The position numbers and the translations under genes are program-made. From an uncultured virus (IMG/VR IMGVR_UViG_3300027759_000054) (lineage: Duplodnaviria; Heunggongvirae; Uroviricota; Caudoviricetes): DNA of 64,000 bases. Below are positions 40,488 to 49,734 of the stretch, one piece after another. The stretch lies in the IMG/VR virus record IMGVR_UViG_3300027759_000054; one strand, written 5' to 3'. The notes beneath the pieces were generated by a model. That model was given only the letters and a program-made list of their open reading frames with translations. It was not told where the DNA came from and searched no databases. Every line of letters begins with the position of its first letter. Position 1 is the first letter of the stretch.

Positions 40488-41002
40488 TGGAATTAATTAA
40501 ATTTACAGACCCTGCTCTTCGCAAGGTTCCAGAAATCTTTGACTTCGAAACCCAGAACGCACAGGAACTTGCTGATACTTTGTGGGAAGAATCTCGACGT
40601 CTACGAGGACTTGGACTTTCTGCCAATCAAGTTGGTATCGACTCTAAGGTTTTTGTGATGGGATCCGACGATACCAATCGTAAAAATGTTTTTAATCCGC
40701 ATGTAGTTTCTGTCTCTAAGGAAACAGAACTCGCCAAGGAAGGATGTCTATCTTATCCTGGATTGTGGTTGTCGGTTAAGCGTCCAAAGGAAGTGACTCT
40801 TTCATATCAGAATGTTACTGGAGAATATGTGGTTGAAACTTTTACAGGTCTACCCGCAAGAATCGCCCAGCATGAATTTGATCACATGGAAGGATTAAAC
40901 TTTTCTGATCATGTATCACAGTTGAAACTCGACATGGCACTCAAGTCTTTAAACAAACGAGCAAGAAAGTATCTGAAGAAATATGTCAAACAAAACTTAT
41001 GA
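40484..41002 (+). CDS. def: Peptide deformylase
   Basis: GLSANQVG; EGCLS; QHEFDH. Confidence 0.95.
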   Translation: MMELIKFTDPALRKVPEIFDFETQNAQELADTLWEESRRLRGLGLSANQVGIDSKVFVMGSDDTNRKNVFNPHVVSVSKETELAKEGCLSYPGLWLSVKRPKEVTLSYQNVTGEYVVETFTGLPARIAQHEFDHMEGLNFSDHVSQLKLDMALKSLNKRARKYLKKYVKQNL

Positions 41003-41354
41003 TTTTGGATTCACATTTGAAGATCCAACCGAAACCGTGGTTCACGTTCGAGAACCATATAATCCCCAAGAAGATGTAGATACCAGCGGTCTCAAAGATG
41101 AGATCATGGCAAAACTCTATGACATCGAGTCTCGTATTTTGACAGCAGACCAGTCAACAATGATCTCTGAACATAAACGACTCGTCGAAATGGAAGTCAC
41201 AGAGAAACTGAAACAAGTCGAAGATCTAATTCTTCCCCTACTTTACAACCTGATGAAGAATCCTGAGAAGGAGTATATTCATTGGCCAAACAGGATACCA
41301 ATTATTGATGCACAAATTGACAAAATCACCGCGATCACGCGACACTATGAATGA
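40983..41354 (+). CDS. Hypothetical protein
   Basis: DFGFTF..ILPLL.NL.KNP.KEYIHWPNR. Confidence 0.7.
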   Translation: MSNKTYDFGFTFEDPTETVVHVREPYNPQEDVDTSGLKDEIMAKLYDIESRILTADQSTMISEHKRLVEMEVTEKLKQVEDLILPLLYNLMKNPEKEYIHWPNRIPIIDAQIDKITAITRHYE

Positions 41355-41967
41355 TCCTGATCTGCCCTATTTTCCCAGAGCAAAATATTTTCAGCAACCA
41401 GTAGCAACTGCTATAACATTTTATCTCTGTGGTGAAATCAAACCAGCAGAAGATTATGTTGAATGGTTTCAGATTCTGCGAGCAGCAGGTGAGACTGATA
41501 TAATTTACATTCGTATTAACAGTGAAGGTGGTGACTTGTTCTCTGCTTTGCAACTGGTTCGTGCGATTCAGGAATCAAATGCCACCATCGTATGTTCGGT
41601 TGAAGGCATTTGTATGAGCGCTGCTACTTTGATATTCTTGTCGGCAGATAGATTCGAACTATCTGACCATACCATGTTTATGTTCCACAACTACTCAAGC
41701 GGAACAATCGGCAAGGGTGGTGAGATGTATGACCAAATCACTCACTTCAGGTCTTGGTCAGAAAAACTGTTTGATTATTTCTACAAGGACTTTTTGACAT
41801 CTGATGAAATCAAGTCCATGCTTGATAACAAGGACATCTGGTTAGATGCAGATGAAGTCGGGAAACGATTAGCGAATCGTATTGCTGCTCAAGAACCAGA
41901 CGAGGAAATCGTTGTCGTGGAAACTCCAACTCCAAAACGCACAAGAAAAAAAGTATCAAAAGAATAA
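41347..41967 (+). CDS. ClpP-like protease
   Basis: INSEGG; CMSAAT (catalytic Ser); FMFH; DIWL. Confidence 0.88.
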   Translation: MNDPDLPYFPRAKYFQQPVATAITFYLCGEIKPAEDYVEWFQILRAAGETDIIYIRINSEGGDLFSALQLVRAIQESNATIVCSVEGICMSAATLIFLSADRFELSDHTMFMFHNYSSGTIGKGGEMYDQITHFRSWSEKLFDYFYKDFLTSDEIKSMLDNKDIWLDADEVGKRLANRIAAQEPDEEIVVVETPTPKRTRKKVSKE

Positions 41968-42002
41968 ATAGGCTTGACTTTTACTAAAAAAGCGGGTATA
42001 CT
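41963..42002 (+). promoter_or_regulatory. Sigma70-like promoter (probably leaderless mRNA) with an adjacent late-like AATAAATA
   Basis: TTGACT(41974)-N17-TATACT; ATG 6 nt after the -10. Confidence 0.7.
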
Positions 42003-42008
42003 GAGTGC

Positions 42009-42620
42009 ATGATTGGTTTTAAAGATTATATATTCGAACGTAAAGAGGGTTCTGGTCTAACCATTTGGGATATAGACGAGACCCTCTTCAACACAAAGGC
42101 ACTCATCTATGTGATGAAAGGCGGAGAAGTCTCCCGTAAGTTATCCAATCAAGAGTTTAACACCTACAAGTTGGGTGCTGGTGAGTCCTTTGACTTCCGC
42201 GAGTTTCGCGATGCTAAACATTTCCGAGACACTTCTGAACCTATCGCAAAAGCAATCAATAAACTAATCGCCATTCATAAGAATGTAAAGGCAAAGGGTA
42301 GCAAGATGATTGTTATCACTGCTCGTGCTGACTTTGACGATCGTGACATGTTTCTAGATACTTTCCGTAAGCAGGGTATCGACATTGATGACATCCATGT
42401 GCATCGCGCTGGTAATCTAAATGCACCAAACTCTGCTGCTGGGAAAAAGATTTTCATTAAACAGTATCTCGACACAGGTAAGTATGCTCGTGTTCGTTTG
42501 TTTGATGATGCGACCTCAAATCTTGACATGTTGATTGGTTTAAAAACCGAATATCCAGATGTTGACTTTGAGGCGTATCTTGCGCATCATGATGGATCTA
42601 TGACAAGATACCGTAAATAA
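42009..42620 (+). CDS. HAD-superfamily phosphatase with capsid-targeting-like N-terminus
   Basis: WDIDETL motif I; ITAR motif II; K; FDD motif IV; N-terminal MIGFKDYIFE. Confidence 0.8.
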   Translation: MIGFKDYIFERKEGSGLTIWDIDETLFNTKALIYVMKGGEVSRKLSNQEFNTYKLGAGESFDFREFRDAKHFRDTSEPIAKAINKLIAIHKNVKAKGSKMIVITARADFDDRDMFLDTFRKQGIDIDDIHVHRAGNLNAPNSAAGKKIFIKQYLDTGKYARVRLFDDATSNLDMLIGLKTEYPDVDFEAYLAHHDGSMTRYRK

Positions 42621-42624
42621 GGGC

Positions 42625-42653
42625 TTGACTTTTGTCAGGTTCTAGGGTAGAAT
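42625..42653 (+). promoter_or_regulatory. Early promoter
   Basis: GGGC-TTGACT-N17-TAGAAT. Confidence 0.8.
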
Positions 42654-42676
42654 GGAATAATAGAAGGAGAAAGTTT

Positions 42677-43024
42677 ATGATTAAAACTGTTGTCGTAAGT
42701 TTGGTTGCTCTAAGTGTTGCCTTTGTTCCTGTTGCTGCAGAGGCACGCAACCGCGATGGAAATGGTTGGGAACAACGTCAGGAAAGACGCGAACATAAAC
42801 GTTCACGCATTAGTACGGGCGAAGCAATCGCTATCGGTGTAGGTGCGTTCATTCTGGGTGCTGCTGCCAGTCGTAAACAACCTGCAGAACGTGAAGTCGA
42901 ACGCGAAGTCTATGACCGTGAGTATGGATACCACTATCGTCGCCCTGTCTGCCGCGAAATTATCAGCAGCGGCATGGATCGTTATGGCGACTATTATGAA
43001 AAGCGCACCGTTCGCTGCAATTAA
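42677..43024 (+). CDS. Secreted/membrane protein with signal peptide and Gly-zipper-like helix
   Basis: AAGGAG RBS; signal ending AEA; AIAIGVGAFILGAAAS. Confidence 0.75.
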   Translation: MIKTVVVSLVALSVAFVPVAAEARNRDGNGWEQRQERREHKRSRISTGEAIAIGVGAFILGAAASRKQPAEREVEREVYDREYGYHYRRPVCREIISSGMDRYGDYYEKRTVRCN

Positions 43025-43049
43025 TTTAGTCTAAAAGTAATTTTAGGGC

Positions 43050-43078
43050 TTGACATTTCTACCAAAATAGGGTAGAAT
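43050..43078 (+). promoter_or_regulatory. Early promoter
   Basis: GGGC-TTGACA-N17-TAGAAT. Confidence 0.85.
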
Positions 43079-43105
43079 GAAATATATTAATTGATGAGGT
43101 CTGTG

Positions 43106-45367
43106 ATGTCTATTTCCCATAAGTCTACCCTTGCTAAGTTACTCGCCACTGAGAACCTTCGGATTGAACATCAGAAGGTTCCGACCGCGATGTTCGACCT
43201 GAAGAATCGCACCCTTATCCTCCCCATCTGGAAAGACATGTCGTCCGACCTTTATGACCTGCTTATCGGTCATGAGGTTGGACACGCATTGTTCACACCT
43301 GCTCAGGGTTGGCATGGTGAGATTGATGCTCGTGGTATGGGTATTAAGTCCTATCTGAACGTTCTTGAAGATGCTCGTATCGAGCGCAAGATTAAGGACA
43401 AGTTTCCTGGTATCCGTCGTAACTTCTTCGCTGGTTATCAGGAACTGTTTGACAACAACTTCTTCGGCGTTAAGGGATATGACCTCAGCAAGTTGCGTCT
43501 CATTGACCGTATCAATCTTCATTATAAGGTTGGTTCTTTCCTCAATGCTCCGTTCAGTGCTGATGAGAATCAGTATCTTGCTCGTGTTGATGCGTTGGAA
43601 ACATGGGATGATGTTGCTGCGCTCGCAGTAGAACTCTATGAACTTGCTAAATCTGAACCTGAGCATGACTTTGATTCGTCAAACTTCATGGGTGACATGG
43701 GTGCGTTTGATGAGGACGGTGACACAGCAGAGACTGGTGATCAGTGGGGTTCCGACATGGATGACGAGTCAACTGATGAAACTGCGCCTACTGCTGGTAA
43801 ACCTGCAGGTAGTGACGATTCTGATGAAGATGCTGACGGTGATGCTTCCGATGCTCCTGCTGGCGAAAATTCTGACGAGGAAACTGATGCCGCTGAAGAA
43901 GGTGATTCCGATGAAGATGGTGGTGTTGCTCCTGACAATGGTGTAAAACTTCCTGGTTCAAATGATGCACCAATTCTCAACGAAGACCCTGTCTCTATCA
44001 CTGACCAGAACTTCCGCGACATGGAAGATACGTTCATTGACTCAAAGTCACGTGAGTATGCGTATGGTATTCTTCGTAAGGTTGATACCAAGAATTATGT
44101 CATCCCCATGGACTGGGTTCTAGAAAACATGCGTCCAACTGTGTATTCCGACAGGTGGTATACGCAAACTGTAGATTATGATACGACTGCGCAGGAAGTT
44201 TTTTCTGAGTTCCGTAACAACAACCAGAAGTATATCAACACCATGGTTCAAGAGTTTGAAATGCGTCGTCGCGCTTCAGAGTTTGCTCGTGCGCAGACTT
44301 CTAAGACTGGTCGTCTTGATGTTGACCGTGTTTGGGCACACAAGATCAGTGAAGACCTGTTCGCTCGCAACACAGTTGTGCCTAATGGTAAAAACCATGG
44401 TATGCTTTTGTTCCTGGACATGTCTGGTTCCATGGCAGGAAACATGCGTGGTACGATTGAGCAGTTGGTCACACTGATGATGTTCTGCCGCAAGGTTCGT
44501 ATTCCTTTTGAAGTATATGGTTTCACCAACAACGGCATCGTCAACGACAAGTATTCCAAGTCTGATGAAATGCGTGCAAATCGTGCCAGTGCCTTTGGTT
44601 CATCTGGTAAGGAACTTGAAATCGGTGACAATTGTTTCAATCTATTGCAGTTTGTTTCCGATAACTGTTCAGTCGCTAAGTTTAATGAAGTAGTTCGTAC
44701 TCTTCTTATGTGCGCCAAGGGATATGAATATCGCTCTGTGCGCAACGCTGAAACATTCGTTCGCAATTCTCATATCATGGGTCTTGCCTCGACTCCGCTT
44801 GAAGAATCAATCATGGTTGCTCGTTCGATTGCTGACAAGTTCCGTGCTAAAAATCGCGTAGAAGTTCTTAATACCGTGTTCCTTACTGATGGTGATGGTG
44901 ATAACAATATCAGTGTCGGCAAACGTTATGGTGCGCACCATGTTACTATCACAGATTCAACCACCAATGCTTCGGTAACAGTTAAGTATGATGATGACGT
45001 TTATCGCACTCAACTACAAGTTGCTCTTCTAGAACTCTACAAGAAGGCAACTGGTTCGCGTGTTATCAACTTCTTCATCGCTCCTTATAATCCTAAGTGG
45101 GCAGCAAAGCGTATGCACAATACCACTGAAGATTTCGATACCAAGTGGAAGAATGAATGGAAACAAAAGTTTTTCCATACCACAAAATCGTTTGGTTTTG
45201 ATGATCGCTTTTTGATTCCAGGTGGTAGCGAGTTGACTATCGGTGAAGATGTCTTTGAATCCAACAGCAGCGACCCGAAAGATCTTCGTCGGGCATTTAA
45301 GAAGTTCCAAAATACCAAGCAGACCAACCGAGTTCTGTTGAATAAAATGATCCAAGCAGTCGCATAA
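43106..45367 (+). CDS. CobT-like protein: HExxH domain, acidic linker, VWA domain
   Basis: HEVGHAL; NVLED.RIE; LDMSGSM MIDAS; FLTDG. Confidence 0.88.
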   Translation: MSISHKSTLAKLLATENLRIEHQKVPTAMFDLKNRTLILPIWKDMSSDLYDLLIGHEVGHALFTPAQGWHGEIDARGMGIKSYLNVLEDARIERKIKDKFPGIRRNFFAGYQELFDNNFFGVKGYDLSKLRLIDRINLHYKVGSFLNAPFSADENQYLARVDALETWDDVAALAVELYELAKSEPEHDFDSSNFMGDMGAFDEDGDTAETGDQWGSDMDDESTDETAPTAGKPAGSDDSDEDADGDASDAPAGENSDEETDAAEEGDSDEDGGVAPDNGVKLPGSNDAPILNEDPVSITDQNFRDMEDTFIDSKSREYAYGILRKVDTKNYVIPMDWVLENMRPTVYSDRWYTQTVDYDTTAQEVFSEFRNNNQKYINTMVQEFEMRRRASEFARAQTSKTGRLDVDRVWAHKISEDLFARNTVVPNGKNHGMLLFLDMSGSMAGNMRGTIEQLVTLMMFCRKVRIPFEVYGFTNNGIVNDKYSKSDEMRANRASAFGSSGKELEIGDNCFNLLQFVSDNCSVAKFNEVVRTLLMCAKGYEYRSVRNAETFVRNSHIMGLASTPLEESIMVARSIADKFRAKNRVEVLNTVFLTDGDGDNNISVGKRYGAHHVTITDSTTNASVTVKYDDDVYRTQLQVALLELYKKATGSRVINFFIAPYNPKWAAKRMHNTTEDFDTKWKNEWKQKFFHTTKSFGFDDRFLIPGGSELTIGEDVFESNSSDPKDLRRAFKKFQNTKQTNRVLLNKMIQAVA

Positions 45368-45374
45368 AATTATT

Positions 45375-45426
45375 TACCCCGAAACGAAAATAAGGGCTTG
45401 ACTTTTATCTCGTTTCGGGGTAGAAT
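45375..45426 (+). promoter_or_regulatory. Early promoter inside a 13-bp inverted repeat
   Basis: TTGACT(45398)-N17-TAGAAT; arms 45375-45387 and 45410-45422. Confidence 0.8.
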
Positions 45427-45458
45427 GAAATATAATGATTGATAAGGAAAATTTTATT

Positions 45459-45656
45459 ATGGTTGATTTCCCCTCTGAACTTGAAACTCTCGTCCTCTGT
45501 GACTGGTCGCGTGATGAAAATGGTGTCCTTCGTGCTGTTTATCCTAACGGTGCTGGGTTTATTCTTCTTCGTGATGAAACCGTTGAATATTATGACTTCT
45601 GTAATGACGGTTCTTCTGAATTGGTTGAGTCGCGTGAATTGATTATTTCTAAATAA
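45459..45656 (+). CDS. Small hypothetical early protein
   Basis: AAGGA RBS; lies between two early promoters. Confidence 0.6.
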   Translation: MVDFPSELETLVLCDWSRDENGVLRAVYPNGAGFILLRDETVEYYDFCNDGSSELVESRELIISK

Positions 45657-45661
45657 AAGGC

Positions 45662-45690
45662 TTGACTTTTATTTCGTTTTATGGTATAAT
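45662..45690 (+). promoter_or_regulatory. Early promoter
   Basis: GGC-TTGACT-N17-TATAAT. Confidence 0.85.
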
Positions 45691-45724
45691 GTTTATATTG
45701 ATGATGTGATGTGAGGAATTTTTT

Positions 45725-46870
45725 ATGATGAATCGTGATGTTTTGGTTGAATACCTTTCTGCCCGTAATAATAATAACGGAATTTTCCGTACCCGCGATC
45801 TTGTTGAAGCATCTGATGCTTTGGGTCAGCGGTATCCGTTTTGGTTGGCGACTGATGAGCGTCGCGTGAAGCGTGGTACCTATGACCTGTCGACTTTGAT
45901 GGTGGGTGCTAACTCGTCTGTCGTTCAACTTCCCGTTGCTACACCCAAGATGGTTATTCAACCAAAGTTGCAGACGGTGATTGAGAACCTTGTCCCGCAG
46001 GTTGACCCAACCTATGTTCCCTTTGGTTTCTATCGCGATCTCTCGAAGGTTGTGAAGTCGAACAACTTCTACCCAACGTTCATCTCTGGTCTGTCGGGTA
46101 ACGGTAAGACCACCATGATTGAGCAGGTCTGTGCCAAGTTGAAGCGCGAATGCATGCGTGTTAACATCTCCATCGAAACTGATGAAGACGACCTGATTGG
46201 TGGTAACACCCTCGTCGACGGTAACGTTGTTTATCGTGAAGGTCCAGTTCTCACTGCCATGAAGCGTGGTGCTATCCTTATCCTTGACGAAATCGACCGT
46301 GGTTCGAACAAGATGATGTGCCTTCAAGCAATCCTCGAAGGTAAACCATACTTCAACAAGAAAACTGGTGAGACAGTTTATCCGAAGGCAGGGTTCAACG
46401 TCATCGCTACAGCGAACACCAAGGGTCGTGGTTCTGACGATGGCAAGTTTATGTCTGCTCAGATTCTTGACGATGCGTTCCTTGAGCGTTTCGCCATCAC
46501 TGTTGAGCAGGAATACCCTTCGCTGAAGATCGAGAAGCAGATTATCCTCAACAAGATGGAAAAGGTCAATAAGGTTGATGATGAATTTGCTGACAAGTTG
46601 GTAACTTGGGCAGATATTATCCGCAAGACTTTCTATGAAGGTGGTGTTGAGGAACTCATCTCGACTCGTCGTCTTGAGCATATCGTCAATGCCTTTGCCA
46701 TGTTCGGTTCGCGCTCTAAAGCAATCGAACTCTGCGTCAATCGCTTTGACACCGACACCAAGTCTGCCTTCCTAGACCTCTATAAGAAAGTCGACAGCGA
46801 TGCGGTGCCAGATGATGGCGTAAATGAAGACGCATACTTCCAGTCTGTAAATGAAGAAGTTCCATTCTAA
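45725..46870 (+). CDS. CobS/MoxR-like AAA+ ATPase
   Basis: GLSGNGKT; LILDEID; TANTKG.G; AFLERF; ISTRRL. Confidence 0.93.
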   Translation: MMNRDVLVEYLSARNNNNGIFRTRDLVEASDALGQRYPFWLATDERRVKRGTYDLSTLMVGANSSVVQLPVATPKMVIQPKLQTVIENLVPQVDPTYVPFGFYRDLSKVVKSNNFYPTFISGLSGNGKTTMIEQVCAKLKRECMRVNISIETDEDDLIGGNTLVDGNVVYREGPVLTAMKRGAILILDEIDRGSNKMMCLQAILEGKPYFNKKTGETVYPKAGFNVIATANTKGRGSDDGKFMSAQILDDAFLERFAITVEQEYPSLKIEKQIILNKMEKVNKVDDEFADKLVTWADIIRKTFYEGGVEELISTRRLEHIVNAFAMFGSRSKAIELCVNRFDTDTKSAFLDLYKKVDSDAVPDDGVNEDAYFQSVNEEVPF

Positions 46871-46879
46871 GGAGAACAC

Positions 46880-47383
46880 ATGACAATTGAATACAAGTAT
46901 AATGAGGGTGATCTCCTTCGGGAGATTACCCAGTATATTGATGCCACCTATGGCGAGCATTACTCACAGAATCAATACCAAGCAACCGAGTTTATTATCG
47001 ACGGTGGTCATGGTATTGGTTTCACTGTAGGCAATATCCTGAAATATGCCCAACGCTATGGTCATAAGGGAACACCTGCAGACTGGCGTAAGGATTTGTT
47101 GAAAGTCATTCACTATGCAATCATTGCGATGCATGTGCATGATGAATATCTGAGCGAGGATGATGAACCCAAAATATCTACAAAGGTAAATATTAAACCG
47201 TATGAGTTGAAGACATCTTTGTCACTTTCAGATACTATTACTGTCAAACCTGACTACACATTTGCTCCTACCTGGACTGAAAACAACATGGGAACCAGTT
47301 CTCTATTGACTTCTAATGGTGTTCCAGGTATAATTGGATTTACTGAAACAAACAGTAAGAAAACTAACAAGAAGAAAGACTAA
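46880..47383 (+). CDS. DUF3310-like protein with C-terminal extension
   Basis: TY..HY; GF..GNILKYAQRYG.K; DLLKVIHY. Confidence 0.75.
   Translation: MTIEYKYNEGDLLREITQYIDATYGEHYSQNQYQATEFIIDGGHGIGFTVGNILKYAQRYGHKGTPADWRKDLLKVIHYAIIAMHVHDEYLSEDDEPKISTKVNIKPYELKTSLSLSDTITVKPDYTFAPTWTENNMGTSSLLTSNGVPGIIGFTETNSKKTNKKKD
47306..47334 (+). promoter_or_regulatory. Intragenic sigma70-like promoter for gp45
   Basis: TTGACT-N17-TATAAT, 55 nt upstream of gp45. Confidence 0.7.
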
Positions 47384-47389
47384 TATATC

Positions 47390-48049
47390 ATGAAGATTTC
47401 ATCCGACACTCTTGCACTTTTGAAGAACTTTGCAAGTATTAATACCAACATCCTAGTTCGTCAGGGTAATGTTCTTTCCACTGTCAGTGCAGGTAAGAAT
47501 ATCCTCTCTCGTGCAACAGTCTCAGAAACTTTTGACCGCGAGTTTGCGGTGTATGACTTGAACAACTTCCTTGCGTTGCTGAGTCTCTGGGAAAACCCTG
47601 AGATTGACTTTGAAGAAACAGGTATGTTCCTTCGTGAAGGTAAGTCTGAGTTTGAGTATGGTTATGCTGATCCCAGTGTAGTTACCGCTGCTCCAGATAA
47701 GACTCTTGAGATTGATCCATTCTTTGACTTCACTCTGACTGCTGCTGATATCAGCATGGTGCAGAAAGCAGCGAACGTTCTCTCTGCTCCAACCATGAGC
47801 ATTGTATCTAAGGATGGTAAGGTGACGTTGAGTGTTAGCGACCCGAGCAATCCACGTGCGAATGCGTATCGTAAGGAACTGACCACAACTGATGTTGGTA
47901 ATTTTGATTGCCGACTAAAGGTTGAGAATCTGAAGGTGATCACAGATGATTACACTGTTTCTCTTGGTCGTAAGAAAGCAATGCACTTTAAGCATGCAAC
48001 CAAGAACCTTGAGTATTGGTTGGCGATGGAACCATCGTCAGTAGTTTAA
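47390..48049 (+). CDS. gp45: Sliding clamp gp45
   Basis: LKNFASIN; FAVYDLNNFL; KVENLK; YWLAME. Confidence 0.95.
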   Translation: MKISSDTLALLKNFASINTNILVRQGNVLSTVSAGKNILSRATVSETFDREFAVYDLNNFLALLSLWENPEIDFEETGMFLREGKSEFEYGYADPSVVTAAPDKTLEIDPFFDFTLTAADISMVQKAANVLSAPTMSIVSKDGKVTLSVSDPSNPRANAYRKELTTTDVGNFDCRLKVENLKVITDDYTVSLGRKKAMHFKHATKNLEYWLAMEPSSVV

Positions 48050-48061
48050 TTGGAGAGTAGC

Positions 48062-48244
48062 ATGAATAAATTGGAAATTAATTTCAGTGCTCGCGTACCA
48101 TACAACAGCGACGAAGACCATCTCAATCGCTCGACCAGTATGGATTTCGACGTTGAACTTGATAATAATCCAGAAGAAATCGTTCGCCAGTTTAATAAGT
48201 TTCTGGTATTGAATGACTTTGAATTTGTTGTTGGTGTGAAGTAA
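48062..48244 (+). CDS. Small hypothetical protein
   Basis: GGAG RBS; 60 aa. Confidence 0.6.
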   Translation: MNKLEINFSARVPYNSDEDHLNRSTSMDFDVELDNNPEEIVRQFNKFLVLNDFEFVVGVK

Positions 48245-48337
48245 CTTCGCTTCGACAATTTTGAATGCTGGTCACTAAACCAGAGTCCGTGGATGTGCTT
48301 ACTTCGTGACGGACATTTTTTTATTATGGAGAATATT

Positions 48338-49279
48338 ATGGAAAATAATCGTGACCAGTTCCTCTGGGTTGAACGTTACCGTCCTCGCAAACTTGATGAC
48401 TGTATTCTACCCGATGATCAACTAAAGACATTTCGCGAGTTCGTCGCGACTGGTGAAATCCCTAACATGCTCCTATGTGGTTCAGCAGGTGTTGGTAAGA
48501 CTACGATTGCTCGAGCAATTTGTGAAGAACTTGGGTGTGATTACATCATCATTAACGGTTCTGAAGAGTCTGGTATTGATGTTCTTCGCACCAAGATTCG
48601 CGAGTTCGCTTCATCAGTTTCCTTTGGTGGTAAGACCAAGGTAGTCATCCTTGATGAGGCGGACTATCTAAATCCAAACTCAACTCAACCTGCTTTGCGT
48701 GCATTTATTGAGGAGTTCGCAAACAACTGTCGGTTTATCTTCACGTGTAACTTTAAAAATCGTATTATCGCTCCTCTTCACAGTCGGACTGCTGTCATCG
48801 AATTTAAATTGACCAAAGCAGATCGTCCTAAGATGGCAGGTCGTTTCATGAAACGTCTGTCTGACATCCTTGCCACTGAGAATGTGTCATTCGATGAGAA
48901 GGTTGTCGCTGAGGTTCTCAAGAAGCATTTCCCTGACTATCGCCGTGTCCTAAACGAACTGCAGCGGTACAGTGTGTCTGGAACTATTGATGAAGGTATC
49001 CTTGTCAATATTCAAGAAGTCAACATGAAAGAACTTGTTGCCTCGTTGAAGAGCAAGGACTTCAAGAAGATGCGTAACTGGGTGGTTGATAACATTGACA
49101 ATGACCCAAATCTTATTTTCCGTAAGATCTATGACACCATCCTAGATGATGTCAAGTATCCTTCGCAGTTGGTTCTGCTGCTTGCAGATTATCAGTATAA
49201 GGCAGCGTTCGCTGCTAATCCTGAGATTAATCTGGTTGCTTGCCTTGCTGAAATCATGGCAGGGATGGAGTGGAAATAA
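48338..49279 (+). CDS. gp44: Clamp loader large subunit gp44
   Basis: LWVERYRP; GVGKTT; DEAD; PLHSR; FPDYRR. Confidence 0.97.
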   Translation: MENNRDQFLWVERYRPRKLDDCILPDDQLKTFREFVATGEIPNMLLCGSAGVGKTTIARAICEELGCDYIIINGSEESGIDVLRTKIREFASSVSFGGKTKVVILDEADYLNPNSTQPALRAFIEEFANNCRFIFTCNFKNRIIAPLHSRTAVIEFKLTKADRPKMAGRFMKRLSDILATENVSFDEKVVAEVLKKHFPDYRRVLNELQRYSVSGTIDEGILVNIQEVNMKELVASLKSKDFKKMRNWVVDNIDNDPNLIFRKIYDTILDDVKYPSQLVLLLADYQYKAAFAANPEINLVACLAEIMAGMEWK

Positions 49280-49734
49280 TGGACGGAGTACTCGATGGTT
49301 TGGGTGCTCCAAAAGTTGAATATGATGCTGAGGAGTACAAGGAAAAGAAGAAGGGTATATCTCCCTTTGACTTCATTAAAGATATAAACTATGAAAAGAA
49401 GAATCTGATTGTTGATGATTGGTCTGAGAAACAATACAATCCTTGGATCATTAATCGTGGGTTGACATTCAGTATTGATACTGTCCACCCCGCAAATGAA
49501 ATGAACTGCCGCCCCCATCTCGATAAGAGCATGCAAAACCTGTATCTTATAAATACTATTCGTGCTAGAAAACGTTTTGACAAATGGATCAAAATCGAAG
49601 ACGATCACGACGTGGAGATGGTAAAAGAGTATTATGGTTATAGCAATGATAAAGCTCGCCAAGCACTCACAATTCTCTCTGAAGAACAAAAAAAATATAT
49701 AAAAGAGAAATTGTTTAAAGGTGGTAAAAAATGA
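49279..49734 (+). CDS. gp62: Clamp loader small subunit gp62
   Basis: SPFDF; Y.PWIINRGL; RKRF.KW.K; EYYGYS..KA. Confidence 0.93.
   Translation: MDGVLDGLGAPKVEYDAEEYKEKKKGISPFDFIKDINYEKKNLIVDDWSEKQYNPWIINRGLTFSIDTVHPANEMNCRPHLDKSMQNLYLINTIRARKRFDKWIKIEDDHDVEMVKEYYGYSNDKARQALTILSEEQKKYIKEKLFKGGKK

Noticed and set aside
45590..46681. 363-aa minus-strand ORF
   Set aside because: Antisense shadow of the AAA+ ATPase gene, explained by codon bias; no recognisable motifs
43106..46870. Cobalamin biosynthesis (cobaltochelatase CobST)
   Set aside because: No CobN or other cob genes in the window; better read as a generic MoxR-VWA pair
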